A stretch of 57,023 nt of DNA, counting the filler, from Platydemus manokwari (Eukaryota), in the NCBI GenBank assembly GCA_037951405.1. It is 5 parts of 5 records of this genome, joined end to end, with 100 filler letters (N's around TTAATTAATTAA, not from the genome) between each part and the next. Parts side by side here need not be neighbours in the genome. Positions count along the whole stretch, not along the records: positions 23,585 to 33,056 come from JBBMOY011244318.1; positions 33,157 to 46,857 come from JBBMOY011641402.1; 3 more parts are not named here. The stretch is one strand, 5' to 3'. Both the position numbers and the translations under genes were made by a program. Shown piece by piece: positions 26,601 through 37,853 of this stretch. Numbering within the stretch: position 1 is the stretch's first letter; each line of letters starts with the position of its first letter. The notes under the pieces were generated by a model, which was given only the letters and a program-made list of their open reading frames with translations, searched no databases and was not told where the DNA came from.

Positions 26601-27054
26601 TCTTTGAAATTTTCCACCTGATGTTGTTGCAATTCCTGAATCGATTTACAATTATTTTGATAAATATTTGATAATTTCACGATTGTACCTTTACCACGAG
26701 AAACTAATGATTGTATCAGTTTGAGACTACGGCCAGAAAATTGATCTCCGCGAACAATAAATGCTTCTTTAATCGTATCGATATCATTGAGAAACACTAT
26801 GTAACTAAACCCAACTCGAATACATACTATGTTTCCATATTTCTTTAGTTTCTCTATCAATTTAGCTCTATCCTGTGAATCTAATGAAAAATATATAAAG
26901 CTATCTTTTCATGAATAAATCAATTACAATACGCGAGCCATGGTAAATATCCAACCAATGGCAATCCACTTGGTCCGGGTGGAAGGTTTTTCGGTTTCAA
27001 GAAGTACCAATAAATAATTATAAGAATTAGACCAACAAATATCAGCTGAAACAT
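23686..27054 (-). CDS. Cytochrome P450, CYP2-clan-like; 7 exons visible, final heme-cysteine exon missing
   Basis: Exons 26928-27054, 26689-26880, 26520-26635, 26129-26361, 24408-24607, 23966-24185, 23686-23912, all phase-consistent GT-AG. Features: N-terminal TM plus PKNLPPGPSGLPLVGYLP, F.GR, I-helix AATETT, K-helix ETLR, GYFIPKDT, and IPFSVG ending at a donor just before the gap. Confidence 0.93.
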
Positions 27055-28468
27055 TTTAATGAAATAAATAAAACAATCGCTCAGTACTTTATAGATACTT
27101 AATATGATCATAGGTCGAAATTACTGGACCTTGAAAATCACTGTTAAATTAGTTTGTATTATATTCTACCTTGATAGGGTGATTTAATTTTTCTTGATAT
27201 TAATACATATAGTAGGAAAATACATTTCTAATGTTTTAGGCATTTCTATTTTATACATACTTGGTGTTTGATGTTTATCTTCACAGTTGTTCAAAAATCT
27301 TTTATGAACATATAAATCGATTTATAATCTTTGATAATAATTTATTTATTATAATCTCGTAATTATCACGAAGTCCAAAGGAATATAAATGTTACGTGTA
27401 GCATTATTCGTATAATTCAGTTAATATTTAAATTAAGGATGCCCAATAGGAACAAAACATAGTTTTTACAATAAGTTCTTATTCTAATCTCAACACTTCT
27501 ATTCGATTTTTTGAGTTTTTTAATTTTAATTTTTTTAATTATAAATCCAGTTAGTAAACTGCAGGCATGTTAAATAATATCATTGCTTATTTTGTAAATA
27601 ATTCTTAAAATTGAGATTATCTGTCAATTTGCTTCTAATGTTAAAATGGTACCCTCGCTAATTTATAATAAATTGCAAGTTGACATACTTTGACCCATTT
27701 TTCACATAATCAATTTTAGGAGATTTTGAAGCACTAGTGTATTTAATATTTGATTTGAAATAACAAAAATTATTTTAATAACAAATTCAAAATATTTTTA
27801 AAAAATTTAATTAAATAAACTATATAGATTTTTGCAATACATTCAACATATTAAAAAATTTATTTTATGATCAATTTTCTTAACTTAACCAAATATTTAA
27901 ATAGAAATTTTAACGTTGAAGTTTGTCGTTTAAATTTATAGAAAATAATCAAATAACCAACCGATTAGGCTATACATAACCAAGATAGTAATTAAACGAC
28001 AAACTGTGGTGAATTATTCATATGATAAATTTAGGATAATGTGGCAATATAGGAGGTATTAATCAGTCTCAAAAGTAAATTATATATACTCTAATAGTAC
28101 ACAACCATATGATAGGTCTAGATTAATCTTAAGTGTTATTTAATTGTTACATTTCTCATCCAATTTGAGATTTATGTTACATTTGGAGTATGAGTAATGC
28201 TGAGGGTTAGTGATAATAATCCAACGACATCCCTTTGACGGTTTCTTGTGGTTATTGACCATTTTAGAAATTACAATTTTAATCTTCATGCGATCAGTGA
28301 TTAAATTTTTACCATTGTGTTGAACTTTATAACAAAATAACGACTCATTATTATTCGATCAAATGTTAGACAAATGTTCATCGATAAATTCTTTTATTGG
28401 AATAGCAATTTTTATTTTTTCAATTTTCTTGAAATATAAGTCTGATATTACTCAATGATATTCTATCA

Positions 28469-28591
28469 CAGAGGTGGCCATCTTCTGTGTACGTAAGATC
28501 GACTTTTCATTTGAATAACATTTCACGCGATCGACTAAAATTGGCTTCAAGATCGACCAGTCGATTGCGATTGACCGGTTGACCACCCCTG
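28469..28591 (-). mobile_element. 123-bp hAT-type MITE, copy 2 (inverted relative to copy 1)
   Basis: Reverse complement aligns gap-free to 23291-23413 with 10 mismatches by my count. Perfect 8-bp TSD ttctatca (28461-28468 and 28592-28599). Confidence 0.93.
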
Positions 28592-30279
28592 TTCTATCAT
28601 ACATATACCATTGTAATATTATTAATAATATAATTATTTTTATCATGTATTTAATAAATTATTAATAAAACATAAATAGTAACTCTTACCAGCAATTTTT
28701 ATAATACCCATCATATATAAATCCATTTCATCAATTATTATCGATATAAAAATATTGATTTTATAATTAGCATAAATATTATGTAATGGCTTTAATAAGA
28801 AGATTTAAATCTCTTGGTTGAATATTGAAACTATTTTTAATGAATTCATCATTTCTGGGGTTTTATTTCCATTGAGTATAGACGTGATAAAATCTCTTTG
28901 ATTTATATACGAAATGGGCAATAAACTGTAGCAAATATCAAGCATCATTATTGTCATGCTAGTTATGATATCTGTGAAATGGTCTGATGTATTTATTAAA
29001 GATATATCAATTATTTTGGTTATGGTTTAAGATATTTTATATTGATCAATACAAGTTATGTAATCATTAATTTTAAATTGTGATTTCTTAGATATGCAAC
29101 AAAAATTTCTGATGAACATGTTCTTGAAACCAAATCGATATACAATCCATATAAAGTAGGTTTAATTTATATTTAAATTGGTTTAAATGACATATTAGAA
29201 GATAAAAAGAAAAATAAAATTTGCCTTTAAATATATTGGCAGATATCAATTTTATAGCAAGTATCAATTATGCAACATTATTAAATGGTAAGCAAATGTT
29301 AATGTTATCAATTTAAGCCAAAATTAATGTTAAACGTATCCTCATTCATTGTTCTCTAGTTGCTGGTAGACGAAATTGGCAATTCAAATTTCCTTTTTTC
29401 CCCGAATAAATTGTCGAGGAATATTTTCCTGAGAATGTTTCCTCATGAAATGACTTATTAACAGCATTGTTAATAAAAAGTTAATGGGTAGTTGTGTTCA
29501 ATGGGACTCACAAATCACCATGCGTGAGCTGCCACTAGTATGTTCATCAATTATGTGAATTTCTCATAAATTTTACTTTCTAACTGTTAGAATATCGTGG
29601 TCTAATTTTGACATAATAATTATTATTATCGCGCTTGTAATTATTAAAAAACTATTAAATATTATTACTATTTTATTTTTCCTTATTGATTTATTAATAA
29701 CAATTTCGTCATTTAATATTCAGAAGAATCGAAAGTCGCACAATAATTATTTCAACAACACCGTGCTGGTCAACATGTCTCTTGTTCACAATAAAAAGTA
29801 AATATTGGTATTACCAATTGGTTTCCAACTGACAGTTAGCCATCTTTACATCATTATTTATATTCGATATTTGTTTGTAATGTTTTTATCACATTTGTAT
29901 CAATCTTTTATTTCTCAAGTTTCTATTGGATTTGCTGATTTTATATATTTGAGGATTATTCAATCCCTATGTGTATTACTGTGTGGCTTTGTCTCTTTTT
30001 CTAATTAGCTGTAAATGATTGATTGCTATACCCGTATGAGTGCATAGAAATACTATTGCTTGAAGTTATAATCAAGGGTTTCACGATGCAAAATCATGAT
30101 ACTTTTTCGAGATTTCATTGCTTTTCAACAAGGTTTAATTTTAGGATCGGAAAAATTGAAAACAAAATTTGGTTTTAGATTTCTATTTATTTTGGATGAG
30201 ATGCGAAAGATTAAAATAATGTTATTATCTATTTATTCATAAATATCTACAACTATATTTGGATTTAAACAAATACTTA

Positions 30280-31500
30280 CACACAAATATGTAAATGTAG
30301 TCCTATCTGCCGTCTTCGGAAAGTCCTAAATCTAAAAAATTCAGGTATCTTTCTGGTTTCATGGATCATTTGAACACAAATTTTAATGTCACACTAATAT
30401 ATCTTATATACAGATAAATTCCATTCCTCTTATAATATCACCTCTAGTTCTCAAGTATTCTTTCTTGTTCCACATATTCTTATAAATTGAAATTTTGAGA
30501 AACATACAAGAATTCCCTTGAGGATTACATTTATCCCCATTTTCTGTTTTTCATCTTTAATCTTATCAAGAAACTTGTCTTGTACTATTAGACACAAAAC
30601 TTTTGAAACTTCGTTTAAAGACATTTCCATTTTTTTTCCTTAGCCCACCTTTATATTATATCTTTTTTGTGTTTTGGTGCTATATAGTGCATTGTTTAAC
30701 ATGAGGAAATCATGATATTACATCTGCGCTGATTTGCTCCCTGTCCTTCTCCTAAATTCAATTTACATTTCAGCTCTAATTTCCATATAAAATATTGTGA
30801 TTTATTGTGAGAATCCCAATTTAGAAATCATTTCATAGCTACGTGATTTGTTCTGACAATAAATTTCTTACAGTGTAGATAATGCTCAAATTTTTTAACA
30901 AAAATATAGAGGGCAAGCACCTCTTTCATGATTATACAATATTTACGCTGCAATTTTGTAAGTATTCTTGATGTATGCGTTATCACTCATTCATCTTCAT
31001 TTTGTATTTGAGAAAGCAATGCTTCTTTAGCACCTAAAGATGGCTCAGTATTGAAAGTATGTTTCCCTTCTTTTCATAATAAAAATAGAATTGGTAGGGA
31101 AAATAATGACATTTTCAATTTGTTAAAAGACACAGTGGCTAAATCGTTCCACTCATATTTACTCTCTTTCTTCATTTATTAGTATAGTGTTTGGGTGATA
31201 GCAGCAAACTTCATTATAAACCGTCTATAGTAACCACATAATCCAAAAAATTCCTGTGGGTCCTTGACAATCGAGATTCTAACCACTTTTTCATTACCCT
31301 TAACTTGTTGTCATCTGTTAATATGCTTTTTTCTTAATCACATATACTATATATTTAATATGTTTTTAAGAAAAAACACTTCTTTAGAGGCATTTTCAGC
31401 CAAGCCTCATCGATTCGATTTAAAGGTCTTTCCAATCTTTCAATGTGTTCTCTGTCGGCTTTTCCAAATACAAGAATATCAGCCAGATACATAAGGTAGT
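30280..31500 (-). mobile_element. Decayed Ty3/gypsy pol fragment (RT C-terminal half and RNase H)
   Basis: YLADILVFGKADREHIERL...KKCFF (YxDD mutated to YLAD at 31478-31489), FFGLCGYYRRFI, and RNase H-like RKYCIIMKEVLALYIFVKKFEHYL..KKFIVRTNH, with many stops and frameshifts. Confidence 0.85.
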
Positions 31501-33056
31501 TTGTCCAATTTTCATACTTCTGATTCTTTTATCTTTTTCATTTTGTTTCTGGTTGTTTTCTATTCTCTGTTTGACTTTGAGGTGCAGATCCCGTCTGGTA
31601 TGATGATTTGCAATTGACTTGTGAATTCACTTAGCTTCATTAACCAGCTACTGCTTCAAGAAAAGAGGAAGACTCATGGTCACGATATTTGACGAGATAT
31701 AAAGATTCTAAATAACTTAATCCAAAATCTTCATTTATGGACCCATTAGGAAATGAATTTTGTAAATGTGCCATGGAATATATCAAGAAAAATATCAAGA
31801 TGATTTACTGATAGATTCGATAGATATCGATTCAGTGATATCAAAATGAGAAATTTCTGCATGATTTTAAGAGAAATAAAGTGGTAGGAAACTAAATCGC
31901 GTAAAAAGATAATGAAAAGAAAAGTGATTAGTTATTTTTAAATTCCATTTATAAAAGTTAAATAAATAAAATAAATATTTTTACGAAAAACTTTATTATA
32001 TAGGTCATGAGAAATTACTGGTTTATCTTTAGATTATGTACTGGTAGAATCTCAAACACGAAGTTTGAAAATGTTAAATCGATTTTGCGTGAAAAGTATA
32101 GAGAATAACAAAGAATTGCTACATCCAAGAAAGAAATTAGAGTTTTTAATCAAATTAAGTTAAATATCGCTGTTTTTGGAGAAATTGAATTTAAATGGAG
32201 GTATTTATCAGTTGTTTCTATTAAAATAATCCGTTTGATCAAACTATCAAATTTCGGATGCAATCTTCAAATATTGGAGATGCCGAATTGGATCCTTTAT
32301 ATCTATTTGAGGTTTTTTCAATTCAAGTCAAAAAATAATCTAAGATTCAATTTTCTTCATAAATTTTGAATATACCTTCAATTATTTTCATCCTTATCTT
32401 TAAGAAAAATATTTACCAGCTCCAATATTATATTTTTGAGATTATAATATTCATGAAAACAATACCGATTTATGGGATATAATCTAAACTTTAATTTATA
32501 ATAGTTTTCGAAATTTTTAGTGGATTATCATCAAAATAATAGGTTCATTTGAATGTCAATTAAAGTTTCCTTTGTTTTTCTTCATCTTGTTCGATAATAT
32601 GAACATCAATTACTTTTCTTAAATCATGAATTATTTATGTCAATTTTTTGATATATTTAGCATTGGAAGTAAGATCTTGAATGAGATTATCAATTTTTCT
32701 TCTAATTGCCTTCAAGATTTAACAACTAATTTTTCTTTCATCATCTCCACAATTTTTGCTTTCGTTTTTTCTTCTATGAATTTCAATTTTTTAAGTTTTT
32801 CACAAGCTAATTTAATTTATGTTTTATTCATTTTTTAATTATACGGTATGAATGTAGATACTGAATTACAAAAAGAATCGAAATGATCAATATTTTTGTG
32901 AGGTTTATTAAAATACGATTACAGCTAAAATTTTAAAATTTTGAATTAAAAGATTATTTTCAAAAATTATATTACAAATAAATACATCATATTAATATTT
33001 ATAAAATGATCATGCTTATAATAATTACTGTTAGCCTCTCAATTATAAAATTATTA

Positions 33057-33156
33057 NNNNNNNNNNNNNNNNNNNNNNNNNNNNNNNNNNNNNNNNNNNN
33101 TTAATTAATTAANNNNNNNNNNNNNNNNNNNNNNNNNNNNNNNNNNNNNNNNNNNN
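33057..33156. other. Assembly spacer with TTAATTAATTAA linker
   Basis: Same 100-nt pattern as the other spacers. Confidence 0.97.
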
Positions 33157-34044
33157 CAGTTCTAGTAGTTGAAAATTCAAAACTAAATTAATTAATAAAA
33201 CTAAAAATATTTTTTGGCTAAAATTTAAAAAAAAGGGGTCTCAAAATAAAATTTTTAATTTTTTGAGTGCATTGCAAAAATCTATTTAGTTTATTTAATT
33301 AAATTCTTTAAAAATATTTTGAATTTTTTATTTAAGTACTTAAAAAATTGATTATTTGCAAAAGGGATCAAAGCAGGTCGAATTTCAATTTATTGAAAAT
33401 TAACGAGGATCTCTTTATTTGTCATTATAAGCAAATTGAGAGATACTCTTAATTTTACAATGATTTAAGTGAGTTATTAACTGAATTATACGAATAAATC
33501 AAATATCGTAATTATATATAAAATTAAGTTAAAAAAATATCTCGTGCGCGAAATTTCATTATTACAAAAGTATGCCAACAGACCGCTTTTCTTAATTTAA
33601 GCCAATATTTTAATTATTAAGAGATAAATAATTATCTTATTTCATTTTAAAAACTTGTCTAAAATAGATCACATTGATATCAAGTACAGTTAAAATTATA
33701 AAAAATACCGACTCAATTGTTCTATCTGTGATAGATAAAACTAGCAAAAGGATGGATTTAACATTTAATCTGTTTTGATCACTAAATTCAGAATCTTAAC
33801 AAATGTAATTTAATAATTTAAACAAGATAGATTGAAAATATAAATAGATAATTAAGTGGAGAACCTATATTAAACCTGTTGTAAGATGGGTAATTTTTTA
33901 GAAAAATTAATCAATTCTATTGTAAAAAAATCCGAACTATTTAAGAGTGTTAAAAGAAATTCTCAAAATTTATCTTAGAATCGATTTATTTGACGATTCA
34001 AATTTATTTCGAATGATCTATTATCGATTTTTTTGTAGTTGATT

Positions 34045-37000
34045 ATGAGAAATCACATTATTCCAAGAATATTGTTGAAACCTGTTAAAGTAGAGAAAAA
34101 AGTCAAATTGATCAGTACTTTTATCGATCAATACAAATATGTTTGCAATGTTATGAACTACAAATCGAAAATGATTGAACAATATTATCACCAGGTTTCT
34201 ACAATCCACATCAAGAAAAACTTCAAAAATAGTATGAAATTCATTATTCTTTATTGGTGTGGATTAATCGCTCTCAATGGGATCTTTACCCCGAAAACAA
34301 TGTTTTCCACGGCATTTGAATTGTTTTGTTTAATCTTCAATTTAGTATGCTATTTGTCGACGATGTTTTTGCACCACAACCATCAGATTGAAGTTTTGAA
34401 TGTCGTCGTACTATTAACAATGTTCATCAGTATTTTGGTCAGTATGAACAACCAACCGGGTATGTTGGAAACGAATTTCACACCGTCACTTCAAGTTACT
34501 TTATTAATGTTCTCCAATTTGCCAATGAAATTGAACAATGCTTTGATGTTATGGACTGTCTCATATGGTATTCTTTCCTTGGGAACAATAATCAGTATCG
34601 GACACAAAGCTGGACTAACTGATTTCATTTCATCAATGCTGAATAGTCCTGGAATAGAAAACATAAAGCGTTTACCCCTGTATGAGAAAAACCTTGACTT
34701 GGCCACATTGATTGGAGCATTACTGGTGTTAGCGTTCGGAATTACTATTTTATGTATGTACTTGTATTTCGTTAATAATTTTCATAGACGATCGTCCTTC
34801 ATTAAAATTAGCAATAATATTCAGATTAAGAACCAATACAATGCGGCAAAAAAGGTTCAATTGTATTGGACTGGAGTTATTATACCGAAAAGTGTTAAAG
34901 ATGAATACTGGAAACACCATAAAGATTTTAAGGTTGATAAATGGATTTATATTAAGTCGTTCGACAATGTTAGCCTTTTGTTTGCCGATGTGGTTGGATT
35001 TACAGAAATGAGTGCCAATAGAACACCTTTGAGAGTAGTTGAACTTTTGAATGAACTATTTATCAAGTTCGATTATCTCTGTAGTTTAAAAAATTGTGAA
35101 AAGATTAGTACTCTCGGCGATTGTTATTACTGTGTGTCCGGTTGCCCGATAGAATGTAAAAATCCAACGGAATCAATCATAGAAATGGGATTAGGAATGT
35201 TCAGAGTAATTAAGCGATTCAATCGTGAGCATCAAGAAAAAATAAACGTACAAATTGGCATCCATTCTGGTCGAGTAAATGCAGCCATCATTGGTAAAGA
35301 AAGATGTCGTTTTGATGTTTACTCCAATGATGTCAATGTTGCTAAAGCAATGGAGTCCTCTGGGAAAATAGGATTTTTACACATATCTCAAGCGGTGTAT
35401 GACAAAGTGAAAACAACGTATAAAGTTGAACTTGGAGAGAAATTAGATATGCCTGGTGATGCTAAGTTGGGATTTATCAAAACGTATTTTATCGATCCAA
35501 AAAATGTTTATATTCATGGTAAAGATGAAATTATCTATAGGAAGGAGGATATGAGAATGTTGAATGCATGTTCGAAACGATATTCTAGTTATACGGAAGA
35601 TTCCAATTCCTCAGACGAAGACGATGATAATGAAAATGCAACTCAAAAAGGAAGCTCAACCAAGAGTCAGTATCGAAATAAAATCGATAACGATATTGTA
35701 TTTATTGATTATTTGCGCTATGATCAAGAGGAAAATATCAAATTGTTATCTGATCCACCTATACGGATACTTTCAATGAAATTTATCGATGACGAAATAG
35801 AATGGCATTTCATCACTCATGATATGAATGCTGGAAATGAAGTCGATCTCGGTGCAGTCAAATTGACGCCGTTTGTAGATTGTTTATTTAGTTTTTTCTA
35901 TTCGGTAATTATCTATCTCACTCTTTTTATTTTGTTTCCTGATATTTCGTTACGAAACCAGTTCTTGATTTTTGTTAACATTTTGCTTTCGATTTTGATT
36001 TTGATTATTATGTTTCTGCAATGGTATGAAGTGAGATATTACGTTAAAAGATCACTCAATAATAGTATATATCAATTCATGTCACGGAAATTTGTCATTG
36101 TTCTCATTTGTTTGTATTTTATGACGGCTCCGTTAGCAATAATAATATCCGTTCTTTTCGATTGTACGAAAATGTACATCAGTTATTCCTTCACCATTCG
36201 TTATTTCACTCTCGTTTTATTTGCTCTTTTTGTTGAGCCGTTATTTTTATCCGCTAATTATTTCGTCAAGATAATCGTTTGTATTTTCAATATATCTGGT
36301 GCTATGGCAGCTTTTAGCAGTGAACCATGTATCAAGCGTAAACTGATTTATACGTTTCCCTACTATTCTTGTTTTGGTCAAATGAATTTGACTGATGTTG
36401 GATTTTATGCATCGGTTAAGTATAATTTCCTCTTCCAAATCGGCATGACATGCATTCTCATGATTTTAATATTCAGAGAAATTGAAATCAATGTGAGGAT
36501 ATTGTTTTATATTACGCGAGAAGTGGAGATTAATAGTGAAGAAACATTAAGAGAGACTATCAATACACAAGAATTGCTTTACAGTATCATTCCAATGTAT
36601 GTCTTCAATGAATTGAAGAGTCGCCCAAAGAATCGAAGAGAAATTAAAAATTTTAATTATGCTGTTTCAATTCCCAAAGCGGCTGTCGTTTTTGCTTGTA
36701 TAAGTAACATATACTCCAAGCAATACGGTGAAAACGAAAAAAGCGCCGAAGACATTCTGAAACTGTTGCACAAAATTATTTGTGGTTTTGATGAAATATT
36801 GAAAAAACCGGAATACAAAGACGTGGAGAAAATCAAAACATTTAACGATTGCTACATTTTAGCGTCTGGATTGAATATGGTTGAAGTGAAGAAAAATAAG
36901 GGAATAAATATTCATATAACTTCATTAATGAATTGTGCATTTGACATGATAGAAAGCTTAGATAATTTTAACTCAAATTTTGTCATCGGATCAGAGAGAT

Positions 37001-37548
37001 TTGTAATGAGAATCGGCTATAATTTTGGACCACTAACAGCTGGTTTAATAGGCGGCACAAAGCCTACTTACGACATTTGGGGCGACACGGTTAATTTATC
37101 AAATAAAATGTGCACCACTGGTGCTCCAGGCATTATACAAGTTCCGGAGAATGTCAAAAACGAATTGAAAGGTGCTTTCGAATTTCGACAACGCTCAAAG
37201 ATAACTGTTAGAGGAAACAAGAATATGAATACATACGACTGTTTCAAGCCTATGGATGTGACTAAAATGTCGAGCTCGCAATCAGGTATAGATTTAATGA
37301 CTAATCAAGACCTAATGAAACTCAATTCCGTGAGAAAGAAATCGAGAATTCATAATGCAAAGACTGATTTGTATAGGTTGTATACTAACGCATTAAAGAG
37401 TTACGTCAGTGAAGAAAGACAACCGTCGATGAAAAGTTATACAGACAAGGATTCTATCGTCGACAAATCAAAACTATCCATCAGAAGATCATTGACAAGT
37501 AAAGTTTTGAATGAAGATAACATTTTTCTGGGTTTTACTTTTAAATAG
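34045..37548 (+). CDS. ADCY9: Transmembrane adenylyl cyclase, type 9-like, single coding exon (~1167 aa from the first ATG)
   Basis: TM cluster-C1-TM cluster-C2 layout. C1 has SLLFADVVGFT and the AC9-type EKISTLGDCYYCVSGCP and FDVYSNDVN. C2 has VEKIKT and YDIWGDTVN. The symbol means 'AC9-like'; orthology is untested. Confidence 0.93.
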   Translation: MRNHIIPRILLKPVKVEKKVKLISTFIDQYKYVCNVMNYKSKMIEQYYHQVSTIHIKKNFKNSMKFIILYWCGLIALNGIFTPKTMFSTAFELFCLIFNLVCYLSTMFLHHNHQIEVLNVVVLLTMFISILVSMNNQPGMLETNFTPSLQVTLLMFSNLPMKLNNALMLWTVSYGILSLGTIISIGHKAGLTDFISSMLNSPGIENIKRLPLYEKNLDLATLIGALLVLAFGITILCMYLYFVNNFHRRSSFIKISNNIQIKNQYNAAKKVQLYWTGVIIPKSVKDEYWKHHKDFKVDKWIYIKSFDNVSLLFADVVGFTEMSANRTPLRVVELLNELFIKFDYLCSLKNCEKISTLGDCYYCVSGCPIECKNPTESIIEMGLGMFRVIKRFNREHQEKINVQIGIHSGRVNAAIIGKERCRFDVYSNDVNVAKAMESSGKIGFLHISQAVYDKVKTTYKVELGEKLDMPGDAKLGFIKTYFIDPKNVYIHGKDEIIYRKEDMRMLNACSKRYSSYTEDSNSSDEDDDNENATQKGSSTKSQYRNKIDNDIVFIDYLRYDQEENIKLLSDPPIRILSMKFIDDEIEWHFITHDMNAGNEVDLGAVKLTPFVDCLFSFFYSVIIYLTLFILFPDISLRNQFLIFVNILLSILILIIMFLQWYEVRYYVKRSLNNSIYQFMSRKFVIVLICLYFMTAPLAIIISVLFDCTKMYISYSFTIRYFTLVLFALFVEPLFLSANYFVKIIVCIFNISGAMAAFSSEPCIKRKLIYTFPYYSCFGQMNLTDVGFYASVKYNFLFQIGMTCILMILIFREIEINVRILFYITREVEINSEETLRETINTQELLYSIIPMYVFNELKSRPKNRREIKNFNYAVSIPKAAVVFACISNIYSKQYGENEKSAEDILKLLHKIICGFDEILKKPEYKDVEKIKTFNDCYILASGLNMVEVKKNKGINIHITSLMNCAFDMIESLDNFNSNFVIGSERFVMRIGYNFGPLTAGLIGGTKPTYDIWGDTVNLSNKMCTTGAPGIIQVPENVKNELKGAFEFRQRSKITVRGNKNMNTYDCFKPMDVTKMSSSQSGIDLMTNQDLMKLNSVRKKSRIHNAKTDLYRLYTNALKSYVSEERQPSMKSYTDKDSIVDKSKLSIRRSLTSKVLNEDNIFLGFTFK

Positions 37549-37853
37549 GATATAATCTAGAATATAATAATAAGATTTTATTTAAAAATCTCTATGTGAT
37601 ACTCATCGATTTATTTTAATATTAAAAGAAACACCGACAAACATTTTAAATAGCTATTTGATACAATTAATCAACATCTACTTATAAAAAAATATATTTC
37701 GAAAACCAAGACATATGTCGAAAATGTATTTATTTGACTGGTGTACTATACAGAACGATTTTCATTATCTCAATACTACCAGTGTAAATAGATTTACATT
37801 TATTAGCAGTAATCGATTCTGAAATCATTTTTTTATCTGATACATTAATAGAA

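Noticed and set aside
23291-28591. Composite transposon mobilising the P450 between the two MITEs
   Set aside because: Each MITE has its own distinct TSD, the outer flanks do not match, and an assembly spacer lies in between.
34491-36438. Short antisense or alternate-frame ORFs inside the cyclase (and similar ones over the gelsolin, P450 and receptor exons)
   Set aside because: Shadow ORFs of real coding sequence with no independent motifs.
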